NCBI GenBank assembly: GCA_965644295.1 | Contig: CBFFRP010000146.1 | Location: forward strand, 558,001 to 622,000 | Source: Paraphysomonas bandaiensis | Taxonomy: Eukaryota; Protista; Chrysophyceae | DNA length: 64,000 nucleotides | Reading direction: 5' to 3' | Part shown: in pieces, positions 13,917 to 26,995 of the stretch | How positions within the stretch are numbered: the first letter of the stretch is position 1 | Layout of the letters: each line of letters starts with the position of its first letter | Made by a program: the position numbers and the translations under genes | Notes under the pieces: generated by a model | The model's input: only the letters and a program-made list of their open reading frames with translations | Told to the model about the DNA's origin: nothing | Databases searched by the model: none

Positions 13917-14246
13917 AAGTTCTATTTATAGAATTATACGATGTATGATACAGAGAATAGGTTGTGATAGCATGTTAGTCGTTCCTCATACCCCTGATAT
14001 TCCCATATATAAATAACAATTGTATGACATATGGACTGTGTGATTCGTAAGCGATTCCGCTGCTTTTGTGTTTCTACGAAGTAATGGGTATATCATCGGG
14101 AATAAAAGTTACGACATTCGGGTAATATTCGTATGGAAGCTCTCTACTGAAATAAAACCACGGCTCATGCCATATTTATAATGCCTGTCCTTGATCAACG
14201 ATATACTTTTGTGTTATTTCCTAGTCAAATTGGTTGAATTATAAAA

Positions 14247-14436
14247 GACCTAGTCACACTAATTTCGGTGTATATAATCATACAATCCAATACCTGTACT
14301 CCGTAATTGATGGCGAGATGAAGATCATAAATACCTAGTCACCCTAACCATTGTAAATGGAAATATAAATTACTTAACGACTAGATTTTTAACTACTTGA
14401 CAAGGTTTTTACACTACTTTTTGGTGTGACGAGGTC
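14247..14436. mobile_element. Small MITE-like element
   Basis: gacctagtcacactaa (14247-14262) is a 14/16 inverted match to ttggtgtgacgaggtc (14421-14436). An internal partial copy 'cctagtcaccctaa' lies near 14334. Confidence 0.5.
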
Positions 14437-14699
14437 CAATAATAAATAATATCCCCATAGTCGTCAAGTAAAAAATAATTCGCAGCCTTACACACACATT
14501 ATCATTGGAAAAACACATTGCTACTCCATTAAGAAGGTTTTATTGTACAATATATTGTTCCATGTCTCTCTACCATGTTCCGCCTTTTGAATAATAGTTA
14601 CTGGTGATAAGTATTCTCACCAAGCTTATGTACGTTTACAAAAAAAAATTCTGGTCAGACTTGCTTTGCATCACGGTCCATCTTGTCTCTCACGTGATA

Positions 14700-17160
14700 G
14701 TACTTTCCGATCTTTGCCGGTTCCTATCACCCTGCGAATGCACAGTCTTAATTGATCGTTAAACACTACGAACGGGGTAGTTATTATTGTCGTCACTCGG
14801 TGCCTCCTTCGGCGCCCTGTTTTCCACTGAGCTTATGCTGTGCGGCGAGGGTTTACCTCCTCTACATTTAAGTAGGGTCCGTCATGACGGCTGTGAGGTA
14901 AACTTCTCCTTGGAGCTGTTCCTTCTACACGGGGCATCATGATTCCTCTTGCGGGGTTGGCACCGCGTTCTGTTACTGATAGCGAGAGTAATCGGCTGTA
15001 AAATATATAGTTTAATGGCGTGGCCTTCCTTGTCTTGTCGAGCTGTGATTTGGCCTTTTGTGACTTTGACTTTTGTAGTGATGTACTCGAGGCCGTCTTG
15101 TGGATCTGTATGAATCATGCCAAAGTGGTATTGGAAACGTTTTTCTGAACTCTCCACTTTCAGTGTTGATTCAATTTCCGCATATATTGTAGCTATATTT
15201 TGAACATCAGAGATGCATTAATTTATTGAAATAACCGTGGCTAGAGATAACGTAGTCCTTAAAAGTAGGTACGTATATAATTTACCGGGTCCATATTATC
15301 TGTATCCCTTATATATGGTTGTGTGGGAAACATTGAGTCTCTGAGACTTGTCAATTACACACCAGATTTTAGTGAAAGATGTAAGTAAGTAAGTTCAGTA
15401 CACGTTTGAATAATATATAGTACACTAACCGTTTGCCTTTCGATCTTATAAGTAATCTACAATTCTTTAATAATGTACTAACAACAAAATTCTTGAATCT
15501 GTGTTTTCCAAAATATGCCTCGAAGCTTGAGGACTCTTGGAATGGTACATACTTGTTTGAAGACCTTTTTATCTGCTGTATATGTGCTCTCAAAGAAAGC
15601 TTACACACTGCTGCAATGTGGTTGGATCCATTGCACTTGAAACATTTTAGCTCACGCGACTTTGCACCACCTGCTTTACTCTTTTGTTAGATTTCTTGGG
15701 TCGTTGAAAGTTGCGCCGCCAGTTGGACTTTTGCTTCTTGTACGACGGGTTGGAAAAGGCTATCTTCCAGAGCTGAAATTTGTACTGCCCCTTTTATTAT
15801 CTTTTTTTTCGGTCAGTAAGGAGCCTACAATACACTGTAGTTAACCTTGCTATACACGTAAACCTTAACCTTGTTTTGTCCTCTACAACCTTAACCTTGT
15901 TTTGTCCTCTACAAAGTCGGACTCCTACCTTTTCGTGGTGTTCTGGGGATGAGTACAGGAGAGTTCTCAGGGAAACTAACGTGAGCCGCATATATATTCA
16001 GCAGACAATTTTCTTCTCACTCATATATAGTCAAAGGTTAGTGTGGCACATGGGACACTAATATAAGTGTCACTTGTGTAGACGTCTTTGGGCCCTTACG
16101 ATAAAGAGGCATCCGGGCTGCCTGCTGAAGTCGAGCGAATCAAAAACCCTAAGTTATCAGATATCAGGTATATTAACATTATGCTTTCGCACTGCGTTAG
16201 CTTTGAGTGATAGAGCGAAAGTGGTTGCACCTTGGTGCTTGCGATGATGATGCACAAGCTACTTTTGTAGCGTTAAATAGTAAGATATCAGAGTTAAGCA
16301 CTAGTTAGTTAAATTTCAGTTCCATATTTGTTCTGACTCTCAAACGCCAATAATTATTGTTGCTAATTATAAGACATTCACTACTAATCTTGCTTTTTGT
16401 ATTCCTATTCCTCCCGTAGTTGCACGAGCTTGGCATCTTGGCATGCACCTTATCACTTGACATAACTCAATACTTATATATGAAGCCTGGTGAAATTGCT
16501 TTACCAGGTTTTGGTATTACCTCGACTTTACAGTGAAGTGTTCGAATGCTCTCAGTCTTCTGATCAAAGTCATGTAGTCGATCGTCAATTAAGTGGGATC
16601 ATTTATTTGACGGTTGATAGTGGTGTCTAGTATTTTTTGTTCGAGGTCATTCCTTGTCTGATTCTAGAGATAAGAGGTAAGGTATTGTTCGGAGTTTATA
16701 TGTGGCCGTGTGTGACCAATTTTAGACACAACTTCACTGCAGCGTCTAGAAAGGATTTTCTTTGTTTAATTTTATTCAATCTTGATTGATTGTAGTTGTT
16801 CTATCAGTCGGTGATTATGTCGTTTGAGGTCTTGTCTTTGAAGTGCTACTCGCTCTCGGACCATACTTTTTTCCCTCTCCTTCAGATACTATTTCGATAT
16901 TATGCTTTCAGCTTCCATGTGTTGACATATTGACAAATTACCGCTCTGGAAAACAGTGACCATAGCTAGTTGTTGCCCGCTTCGAAATACTGCAAATTTT
17001 CGTCGTAGGCATTTTTCCTGTATAAGTAGTCTTTGTCCGTTTCCTGACGCATGGGTTTCGCTGGGGTATCGTTTATTAGGATGTCTTTGCAATATAACCA
17101 GGCTCTGCATTTCTTCTGCTATTTGGCTTGGAGTCCTTCCTTTTGTCCAATAAATCACAG
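14700..17160 (-). mobile_element. Degenerate Ty1/Copia-like LTR retrotransposon remnant (gag zinc knuckle and post-integrase fragments)
   Basis: The minus strand near 15603-15647 reads CFKCNGSNHIAAVC (CX2CX4HX4C). An SH3-like fragment '..YVPTFKDYVISSHG' lies near 15235-15280, and 'MIHTDPQDGLEYITTKVKV' at 15060-15120. Many stops and frameshifts; no LTRs identified; boundaries approximate. Confidence 0.55.
15911..16385 (+). repeat. Dispersed structured repeat, copy 1 (inside the Copia gag remnant)
   Basis: Shares blocks acaaagtc..ccttttcg..gtgttctgggg..ggaaactaacgtgagccgca..aagtgtcacttgtgta..gcaccttggtgcttgcg with 56271-56751 and 57551-57931. Confidence 0.85.
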
Positions 17161-17623
17161 TAGGAAATATCGTATCTGTTGGACTTGGAATTAAGATTTA
17201 TCGTAACTGTAAGCTTTGTATTAATTATAAGGCCAATTATAATTTATAAAAGACTTCACACAAGGAATAAAGCCTAATAGTATAACAGCAAGACAAGAAT
17301 GTAGCAATGTGTCTTGTAGTACAGTCACGTATTGACTCCGAAGAATTATGAATGATTGCTAGAAGAGTAGATGGCTGTGTTGATTGAATACGAGTACTCT
17401 TGTATTTTCTTTACAATTGGCTGAACTTTATTCAATTTAAGTAAACTGTATTATTTAGCGCTCACAAAACCTCATAAAAATGGTAGTGCATCAAATGTCA
17501 ATGTATGAAAGCATGCATTCAGCAAAACACTACTTTGAGATCGTACATGACTCCACTTAACCATCGCAACGATGCTTCAGAACGTTTTGTACCACATATT
17601 AACTCCAAAACTGCAACACATAC

Positions 17624-20600
17624 TCACGGTATGTTGAACACTTTCTTCATCTTTAATATTAGCTGCCATTCTTCCTTGCTGACATCTCTGCAACATAAAA
17701 ATATTACAACCATCATATCAGGAGTGAACTATAAAATCATATCGTAACGCACTCGTATAAATATATTTACTTCTACACAGATACACTTACGCTTTGAAGA
17801 ACTCCTTGAGGGCGTCGATGGACTCTCGTGATATCTTACTATAAAGGGAATGGGTATGGTCAAACTGACGCCCGTAGGTCATAGTTGGGTTGTGTTCATT
17901 GGTGATCTTGATAGACACTGATGTCCCCTTCTTAGCCAATGGCACTTCTTTGCGATTGTTTTCAATTCCGATCACACGACCAACATCTAGAAATCCGTTC
18001 GACGGAATTGTCAACATTGTCCCTACCTTGAGTGTACCCTCCACAACCTCTACTCCAAAAACCATAGGGTCTTTTTTGTTAAATATATGTTGCGGCATAA
18101 TTCTAAGCACAACAGGAAACACTGCAACAGCCTCAGCTTCCTTCCTCCTTTTTGCAGTGATGTTGCTCATATATGCAGAGAACTGATCGAAGAGGTGATA
18201 AATAATATCAGCGGAGAAGATTCGAACATGGAGTTCTTCTGCCATCTGAGCAGCCTCATTGTCCACCTTGACATCAAATGCAAGAATGGTGGCGAATTCG
18301 GGCATTTCGCGCTCGTTCATTATATTTGCTCTCATCACATCTTTTTTATGAATTGGGCCAATATTCACATGGCACACTGGTATAGGAGGGGTACATTCAT
18401 CTCGCAAAAACTGGAGGAGGGCCTCAAGGGCACCTAAAGTGGAAGCGTGAACCATGACACCTTTATTCTCAGTGCTCAGGGCTTTGAACACCTGAACCAC
18501 AGAATTACTTGATGACAGATAACGAAAAACAAGGCTATGTAGAGGAGTACGGTGCAATATATGTATGGCGTATAACTACAACGCCTCTATCACTTTTCTA
18601 CCTGAGTTAAGTCACTCTGCACTTCCTCCTTGATGTCCTCCTCATCGTCTTCTAAATCATGACGCACCACAAGAACTGATGTGCCTGCTACAGCTCTGGC
18701 AATATCTGGCGCAACAATCTTGATTCCGATAGCACCTTGAAGCTCCTGATGATGGACGTACTCGCTCTTCACTCTGATACCAGGTTGTGTGAAATTGAAT
18801 ACAAGCCGAAACACACAACATGTATTACTAAATAGCAATATCCTACAATCCTACCTCATTTCTCTATTCGGTGGAGGCGTCAAGAGCGCACGTATTGTGG
18901 TTACAACCGGTCCTTCCAGCGTACTCACCACTATCGTATCGCCTTCTCGAAGAGAACTATGTTGAAAGAAGATTAACACAAAGAAAATGAGCAGTGCGTA
19001 CCATACCCGTTAACAAGCACAACATCTACTGTATGGCCGAGACCGTCGATGACCTTCACTTCCAGCACAGTACATTGGATAACGTCCATAAACATTAACT
19101 TTTCCTGTGTATGATGACATTACAGTAAGATAGAATGCTCAATCACTTTGTTCACCTCCAAACGGTTCTGCGTTAAGGTGATGAGCATCTTAAGAAGGTC
19201 TGGAACACCCTCTCCAGTCACTGCGGATGTAGGTACCAAGGAAACAGTTTGGGCAAGGTCGTCATTCTTCCAGTACAACTGCGCGTTGAGGCCTTGCTCC
19301 ATGAGTTGCGTGATGGTGTGTTGTAACCTAGGGGAGTATGAGAGCTAGTACCTCAAACTCGATCGGAGTTATTCGGGCAGAACAAAGTATATAAAACATA
19401 CAACACACGGAGTGACGTAATTACGTACCGGTCTTCAAACTCTTGTTTACAATTCTCGTCTTGTTCAGATAGAGCAATTCTTGAGGAGCGGTCAGGAACG
19501 GTCTTCCAGCCATAGAGACGATCAATCTACATAAATAAGTGAACGCCAAAAGCAAAGTAGAGGTTTCATATATTAATAGACAACATCGAATACCTTGTTA
19601 AGAGCGACGATAAATGGCGTCCGCTTTCGTCTCAACATGTTAATTGATTCGATTGTTTGAGGCTCTAAGCCGTGCATGAGATCAATTACAAGAATGGCAA
19701 TATCACAGAGAGAAGATCCTCTGGAACGCAGGTTAGTGAACGACTCGTGACCAGGTGTATCGATCATAAGTAGTCCAGGAATGCGGATATCAAAGGGGTC
19801 AATAGACTGAAGGCAAGATGTTTGGAGGTTCAGGGTTTCACGCGAAAATTGAGTAGCCCCAATCTGCTGTGTAATACCTCCTGCTTCTCCTTCCTGAACA
19901 TTTGTATGGCGGATCTTATCCAATAACTTAGTTTTTCCAGTATCGACATGTCCCATAATACACGAAATAGGGCTACGAAGGTGGTCCGGTGAGCGGGCAG
20001 CTCGGGCAGCTGCTTCCCTTTCCAAACGCCTACGGCGACTATTTTCTTTTCGCACTTGTGCCTCGAGCTGGCGGCGTTCCATTTCTTCACGCTCCCTTTC
20101 CTCTTCCTCCCTGCACATACAGGACAGGTACGGATTACATAACATACGTAACACCGTAAATATTGCTATTTCTACCTCTTAATTCTCATTTCTTCTTCAC
20201 GCTTAGCGCGTTCAATACCCTGCAACCTGAGTTTTTCATGTTCCTTTTGACGTTCGACGTCGAGTTCATCAACTTCTTCGTCCGTGCGTTCGGGAACCTA
20301 TACCATCATGTTACAACCCATTTGTCCACATGAGGCATCACCAAATAGCTGTCATCATTTATATACACAGATGTGCGACATGGAAGTATCCATCAACAAC
20401 TTCATCTTTTTGACCTTTATTTGAACTTTATCCTCATCCATGATGTCCCAGCTATCTGCGACTTCCTCCTCTACAGTCGCTTGCGCAGGCTCGTCGCTGA
20501 CCTGCGGCTCCTCGGCAGCAACTACTCAAGCAAGAAGAAAATAACCACCACAATGAGTTACATACTGTTTAAAAATGTATATCGATATAAAGTTATAAAA

Positions 20601-21281
20601 TAATAGCCTACCTGGTTCAGGTTCGGGCTCTACGGGAACAGCAGGGGGCTTCTCTAACTTCGGTTCAGTTGCCTTCTTTCCCTTCTTCTTATTGGAAAAC
20701 ATTGCAGCTGTGGATTTAGGTTTGGCGGCCTCTGTTTCCTTTTGCTCTGGAGGGACTAACATCCCAGCCGCGCGCATGGCTTCTAGGCGTGCTTGTGCTT
20801 TTTTCGCTTTTTCCTTTTCGCTCTTGGTCATGTAGGTACCAGCGGCTATTTGTGCCTCCTTTTTCTCTTGTTTGGCCTTGCGCTTCTTCTCTTTGAGCTC
20901 CTCTGCAGCCTTTCTTTCCGCCTCTGCCCTCTCCTCTTCCTCACGAATTCGGCGCTCTTCTTCTTCTTGCTGAGCCTTTAATCGAGCCTCTTCTTCAGCT
21001 CGTTGTTGTTGTAGCTGCAAGATCGCACGACCAGCCGCTGTAGTGGTATTACCAGTCGGCTTCTTCTCATCTTTCTTCCCTTTCTTCTTCTTTTTCTTTT
21101 TGTTATCCTTTTTGGCTGATTTCTTATCGACTTCGTCCTCTTCGTCGTCTTCATTATCATTCTATTGCAGTATGTTACGTGCTACGTAACCAAACCAACC
21201 AATAAAGCGATACACACTCACACCTACCTCCACAACAATATCCTCCGGCTTCACCTGGTCGGCTTCTTCCATATTACTCAT
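17624..21281 (-). CDS. EIF5B: Eukaryotic translation initiation factor 5B (multi-exon)
   Basis: G-domain motifs '[24 protein letters not shown]', '[13 protein letters not shown]' and '[26 protein letters not shown]', plus domain III/IV '[11 protein letters not shown]' and 'YGRQFD'. K/E-rich N-terminus. Last exon ends KKVFNIP* at 17624. Confidence 0.95.
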
Positions 21282-21957
21282 GTGTCCACAAGAGAGTTTT
21301 TATAAGCTTCTACTTTGTACACAAATTTGAAGGTAAGCTTATAGTGTGTGTGTATCACCTGCACCTGTCCATACACTGCATGTGATGTGATTGAGGTGAT
21401 GTGGGTGTGGGAAAAACAATAGGAACCATTCCTCATGAAGTCGAAGTACACCTCCTCACTTTTTCTCTGTCCTGGTATATACTTCTGTATACTTGCTGTA
21501 TTTTATGTGAGATATATGGAAATACAGTGAAAGTGGTCAGAATAATCGCTATGGACGATGAAATGAATGGATAGAACAACAAGCGAAATACGACAGTATT
21601 CCTCTGTATGATCTGATCTCCTACCTCGCTTCCGGTTGATGTCTACAATACAAGTGACGTATACCACAGTATTCCCCATCACTCACTGATCTGCTGCTCC
21701 TGAAGCTGAATCATGAACAGGCGTCGGTTTCAGTTTCCAACAGTGAATAAAAAACAGTTAGCTCACTGAGCTCTGCTCTCATATATACATACATACATGC
21801 ATGTCTCACATCACCTGGAAGGAATCAATTCTTAGTTACAGAGCCGAATATTGTGACGGCAATACGGTAGAATATTTAAAGAGATAGATTTATTTAAAGA
21901 GTGAGCGTGTTTTTCTGCTAGAATTTTATAGTCTATTGCAGTTATAATATTGAAGTT

Positions 21958-24183
21958 ATGGCAGGCTCCGGGGGCCCTGAAAGGGAGACTGAATTTAATA
22001 CCAATGTTCCTGACAGAGAAGAGAGAAAGAAGATAAGAAGAAAACGCATTGAAAAGAGGCATGCTACAGACGATGCAGGGGGTGATGAAGGTACGGACAT
22101 GAATCAAGGCGCTTTGAAAAGTGGTCTGCAGCAGGTCTCAGAGAGCCTTTTTCATTTGGACAAAAGAAAACATGGAGGGATTCAGGATGTTACCTCCATA
22201 CGAGTCGCTACGGACGAAGCTGAGTCAAGACGAAGGGTGGAAGACGAAAAAATGAGGCATGAGAGATTGACTAAACTCCAGCAGGAGGCTCTGTCTAGTG
22301 CCAAAGCGAACGCCGCCATTGAGATGAAGTGGGCTGAGCTCTTAGAAAAAGAAATTCCACAGGAATTACATCATGACATTCAACAGCAAATGGCTGCTTG
22401 CTCAGCAATCATTGCTAGTAAGGACAGCCTTACGAATGAATTTTTGATGCAATTGAGAGCGAAGGACGAAGAGTATGTCCGAACACTGAGGCAACAGGCA
22501 GAAGACATAGAGCACTTGTTAACCCAAATTCGATCTGAATTCAAGGATATGCAGTCCGAATATGACAAAGAAATTGATGCTATTGAGGATGCGTATTTAG
22601 AGGAGCGAGATAAGATGATTATGGACCATACAGCAGAGGTGGATGCTCTCTTTGATAGTCGTAAGAACAAGGAAGTGCACTACAAGGAAGCGAAGCAAAA
22701 ACGCGAGGAACAATACCAAAGAGAAATAGAAGATCTCATAACAAAAGGAGCAGATCAGTATAATAAGTTGAAGATTGAATTGGAAATGAATATTCAGACA
22801 CTAAAGCAACAGCTAGAAGAGATCCGCGCGACATATCAGCTCAACACGGAGAAATTAGATTACAACTATCGTGTGTTGACAGAACTCGATGTTGAGAAAA
22901 ATGCTGAATTGACTCGTTATAAACGTCGCCTTACACGTTTAAAAGATCAACTGAACCACTTCTCCGCGAAGTACAACCAAATGAATGTGCTCGACGCGAA
23001 GACGAATAACGATTTAACTGAAGACTACCGGCGCCTCACGCAGAAATATAAGGACCTTCAGGCGAAATTTCGCCATTTCGAAGTGGCAGATACGCAAAAG
23101 TTTGATGAAGTTTGGGGAATGCATGAGGATGAGGCGAAAGATCTTGTCGATAGGTTGCTTAAGGCAGACAAAGTGATCACCGAGCAGCAACTCGGGTGGG
23201 TTTGGAAAGCCCCCAACGTCCTGTCGTTGTCAATGAATAAAAGTACTGCACTTCCTAATGGGGATGCGACTGCAACAGGACCTGCCGGTGGCTCACAGAT
23301 CTCCGAGGAGGGAGTTGTTGAGGCTGCAGTAGTTGGTGATGAACGCGAATCGCAGTCTGGAACGAAACATGTCTCGGGGTCGCGCATTCGCAGTGTGCTG
23401 AAACTACTTGCAGCGGAGGCGGGATTCCTTGGCCTCCATCCTCAGCTCCAGCAAAATATTGATGATGTACCAGAGCAAGATGCTGAGCTCTCACGTGCTG
23501 AGGCTATGCTTCGCGCACTAGGAGTGAAGAGTGAAGAAAAAGTGTCTCAGTTACTGACATATTTTTTCAGAGATCATGAACAGGGTAACCTGGTGGAGAT
23601 GGAAGCCCTGGGATTGAGTGAGCAACAGGAGGTTGATGAGTACGGAGTTCCTATCAAGCACGAGCATGAAGAAGAAGAAGCCAATGATGATGAGCTCAAG
23701 TTGAGGTTCCCAAATGAAGACTTAGAAGAGTTGAGAGACGTAATTAGTCCAGAATCTGTGATGGCAGCTATCAAGGCATTCATGGATGACACCAGTGCTG
23801 AGGACGGTCCACTGGGTGCTGCTCCCAGACTTCAGAATACAGCCGCGAAAGGTGGGCCTGAAGAAGCAGCCGGTGGAAGGAAACGCGGAAACAATATTCA
23901 AAGCTACTGGGTGCAGCTATCCCAAATTGTTAGTGACCAGTCCGTGGAAGTATGGAGACAACTTGAAACAGACCTAAGTAATTACAAAGACATCCTGGCC
24001 AAGAGGGCGTCATCTATTCAGGAAGTTGATGAGTTGGCGGCACAGAATGTTGAGCTCAAGCGGGTTCTGAACCAGTACCTGGGTGACAGAACTAATGATA
24101 TGTTTTGCATTCCTCCATCGCAAACAATGAGAGTGAATAATCCAAAGCCTAAAGGAAAGATATTGATGAGTAAAACGGGATGA
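21958..24183 (+). CDS. DRC1: Dynein regulatory complex protein 1 (CCDC164)
   Basis: 741-aa coiled-coil ORF with 'RATYQLNTEKLDYNYRVL', 'YKDLQAKFRHFE' and C-terminal 'QNVELKRVLNQYL...IPP', typical of DRC1/NYD-SP28. Confidence 0.88.
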   Translation: MAGSGGPERETEFNTNVPDREERKKIRRKRIEKRHATDDAGGDEGTDMNQGALKSGLQQVSESLFHLDKRKHGGIQDVTSIRVATDEAESRRRVEDEKMRHERLTKLQQEALSSAKANAAIEMKWAELLEKEIPQELHHDIQQQMAACSAIIASKDSLTNEFLMQLRAKDEEYVRTLRQQAEDIEHLLTQIRSEFKDMQSEYDKEIDAIEDAYLEERDKMIMDHTAEVDALFDSRKNKEVHYKEAKQKREEQYQREIEDLITKGADQYNKLKIELEMNIQTLKQQLEEIRATYQLNTEKLDYNYRVLTELDVEKNAELTRYKRRLTRLKDQLNHFSAKYNQMNVLDAKTNNDLTEDYRRLTQKYKDLQAKFRHFEVADTQKFDEVWGMHEDEAKDLVDRLLKADKVITEQQLGWVWKAPNVLSLSMNKSTALPNGDATATGPAGGSQISEEGVVEAAVVGDERESQSGTKHVSGSRIRSVLKLLAAEAGFLGLHPQLQQNIDDVPEQDAELSRAEAMLRALGVKSEEKVSQLLTYFFRDHEQGNLVEMEALGLSEQQEVDEYGVPIKHEHEEEEANDDELKLRFPNEDLEELRDVISPESVMAAIKAFMDDTSAEDGPLGAAPRLQNTAAKGGPEEAAGGRKRGNNIQSYWVQLSQIVSDQSVEVWRQLETDLSNYKDILAKRASSIQEVDELAAQNVELKRVLNQYLGDRTNDMFCIPPSQTMRVNNPKPKGKILMSKTG

Positions 24184-24535
24184 AGGTCACATCTTTCTAT
24201 TCTGTAGTATCTATGTCCGTATTGTGGATTTAGCAGTTGTACTTCTATGTCATGCATATTGAATGCCGAGATGTTTCCAATTAAGAATATTAGGCATAAG
24301 TGTGCTGAATAACCTCTCTATATGAATAATATATAACAATTGTTCACATTAGAAAGTTTTACTAGATTAGAAAAGCTTTAATAGAGAGCCGTCACCAATG
24401 ACAATGTGACATTGATAATATTTAGAGTTATGACTTTGTTCGCTCACTATATCTTACTTTCCTTGTAGTATCTACAAGAACTGTTGTTAAATGTATTTAC
24501 TGTCATTATTCATTATATATTCTAGTACAATGTAT

Positions 24536-24779
24536 CAGGCTTGCGTATCAATTTAATGATTTTCAATTTATTGCCAATAATTGCCAGCTAATTGGATTGA
24601 CAAATAAATTAATTGGTTTAAAAAATGATATTTTCAGTTATTATCATTGGTAAATGTTATTTATAATGTCTGATTATTTAGCAATAGGCATTCATGTAAG
24701 TGTTAAAACTAAACAGAAATATATCTAGTACTTAATACTAATATCCTACTTCCTACTATACTAATTAATACGAAGGCTG
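24536..24779. mobile_element. Older degenerate MITE of the same family as the 25003-26242 hAT element
   Basis: Starts caggcttgcgtatcaatttaatgattttcaatt, similar to the hAT terminus, and ends ttaatacgaaggctg. No recognisable TSD. Confidence 0.5.
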
Positions 24780-25002
24780 CAAGGCGCGACCACCTCTGCT
24801 TTAAGTAGGTGGCAATGGATTGGTTATATCTCAGGATGTAGTGTTTCACCTAGATATTCTAGTATATTCAGTGTGTCACTTGAAGACAATGTACGAGAAT
24901 ACAGCGAAATATAGTGATGTACAAATGCTATGATGATATTGAGAAACAGAAATAGTTTGATCTTTCAAGATATGTTCAGTAACGAGAGGTTCGCATATGT
25001 AG

Positions 25003-26242
25003 CAGGGCTTCGTATCAATTAATTGTCAATTAATTGACGCAGGTTGTAGTCAATTATAATTGCAATTATTACTTGCTGTCTCAATTTCAACTATTGCAAT
25101 TAACTGCAATTAATTGCAATTAATTGCAATTATTTAGTACTAAAATACACTAGCTGCGAATATAGCTACCTCAACTGTCATTTCATTCCAGAGGCAACGA
25201 TTCATGCGTAAAGTCATAATTAGCACTAAATGTTGAGGAGTCAAGCTCTTGAGCAAGCCCGTCATAACAATCGTAGCTCTACTGAGCAACCTCTCAACCT
25301 TATTGGTTGTGCTATGCAAGTGTTTCATCCGTAACGCGTTTGCTTGTTAAGTCTTGCTCGCTTCCGCTGCCTGCTACCATCAAACAAACGTTGCGCTGCG
25401 TCGTCATTCGGAGCTAGACTCGCACCGTCATAATCTTCTTCTTCCTCATCGAACAAATATATTTTAGTTTGATCCTTTGCCGTCCGAGTTACGGCTTCGT
25501 TGCCACATTGAATCTTCACGACTGTCTTTTCGAAAGCAGCGTTAAAAATAATAGCAGCACTGTCGCCCAGATGACGCTCAACAATCGGGTGCATTATGAA
25601 GGGTTCAGAATCGTCAATCAATGTGCAAACGTCGTGGAAGTCAAGCTGGTGTTAACCTTACTTCTGTAATATTGTACTACACTTATTTTTATAATACAGG
25701 GCATAATATACATGTATATACTCTGTATATAGGTGGATAGTCCTACAATTAGACTTTTAACACATCGGAACCAAACTCGAAAGATCGCATATGATTAGAT
25801 AGAAGCAAGTAGCGGTCAATCACGGAAAATGTGGAGCCCCTTTTCCTGCAGGACAAATCTCTATTGCAGCCTCTTCGTTATTATTATCATCATTTATTTA
25901 CTTTCTCAAATAACACTCGTGCAATGACTTCTGGTGCCAATTTGTCGCTCCTATCGCTAATTAATTAAATGAATTACTATGTGAGATAATCCTATGGATA
26001 TTATAGTCTTTCACCAATCTTCGATTTTTATCCTAAAAATGCCGTTTTTAAACAACTTTTCAGCATAAAATGGTGGGTTTTTAATATCAATTAATTGCAA
26101 TTAATTGACAATTAATTGAAGCTAGCTGGAGTCAATTATAATTGCAATTATGAATCGATGTCCCAATTTCAACAATTGCAATTTCAATAATTGACAATTA
26201 ATTGCAATTAATTGAAAATCAATTAATTGATACGCAGCCCTG
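25003..26242 (-). mobile_element. Internally deleted hAT DNA transposon (1240 bp)
   Basis: 23-bp TIRs cagggcttcgtatcaattaattg / caattaattgatacgcagccctg (22/23). Perfect 8-bp TSD atatgtag at 24995-25002 and 26243-26250. Subterminal caattaattg arrays. Minus-strand hAT dimerisation-domain remnant 'TTNKVERLLSRATIVMT...SLTP...LRMNRCLW'. Confidence 0.92.
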
Positions 26243-26382
26243 ATATGTAGGATATGATGCGTAGATTAAAATGAGTTAGTGTTGGTTATCACAACTTCGT
26301 GTAAACGATATTAATAAATCTATCTACTCTTACGACAAATTCTCTCTGTGATCTAGCTTAAAATGAGCAATTTCCAATAACG

Positions 26383-26460
26383 TATTTGCCCGGTAGTAAT
26401 ATGCGCCTTCTGTTTAACCAAATTCAGGTTTAAAATGCTCTTTTTTGAGATAAAAGGTAT
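26383..26460 (+). repeat. Short dispersed repeat (probable TE end) shared with 58445-58520
   Basis: tatttgcccggtagtaatatgcgccttctgtttaaccaaattcagg...ttttgaga vs tatttgccccgtgctgatatgagccctctgttaaacccaaatcagg...ttttgaga. Confidence 0.55.
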
Positions 26461-26995
26461 CTATTTCGCAGCTTACTCGAGTGCATATACAGCACATTAT
26501 GGTGACATAAAAAATAGTGGTTTTCAAAGCCGTACAGAGGTGTCGACTAGTTACAGAGCGACAGCAATATATATGCTATAAACTATAAACATTAAATTGG
26601 AATCATAATCACCATTTTTTAGGCGACTCACAATTTTAATGGCCAAAAAATCAGGTTGAGGAATACAAGGTTTTACAGCAGTGAGGTAGTGCCAAAACAT
26701 ACAATAAATATAATAGGCCACACTAATGTGGATTTGTAACATATAGCAGAAGAACACAGCTAAGCACTAATCGTACTACAACACAATACAACACCATACA
26801 ACACCATACAACACCATAAACGAAACAGATGTGTATACTATACCTCATACATTGAAAATACTCAAATATGATACAAATAAGACAACTATGCAATAAAACA
26901 CAGCTTTAAAGGAGTGTGTTCTTATTCTCCCAGTATATTAACCTAATAATATCTTTAGAGTGGATCTGAAACGTGGAACTGAGTGCATCGATATA

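Noticed and set aside
15861-15913. Tandem 26-bp repeat containing aaccttaacctt, superficially telomere-like
   Set aside because: Only two units, inside the Copia remnant; not a telomeric array.
15975-16035. Group I intron P7-like words (cagcagac...atatagtc) in the structured repeat
   Set aside because: The GACTA/TAGTC pairing is not conserved across the three copies, and there is no host gene or other core helix.
25015-25135. Iterated caattaattg/ttgcaatt units resembling a CRISPR array or iterons
   Set aside because: Irregular spacing and no unique spacers. Explained as hAT subterminal repeats.
26781-26820. Short simple repeats (acaccataca x3; also atacggt near 28198 and tagtcgta near 54473)
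   Set aside because: Ordinary micro/minisatellites with no further structure.
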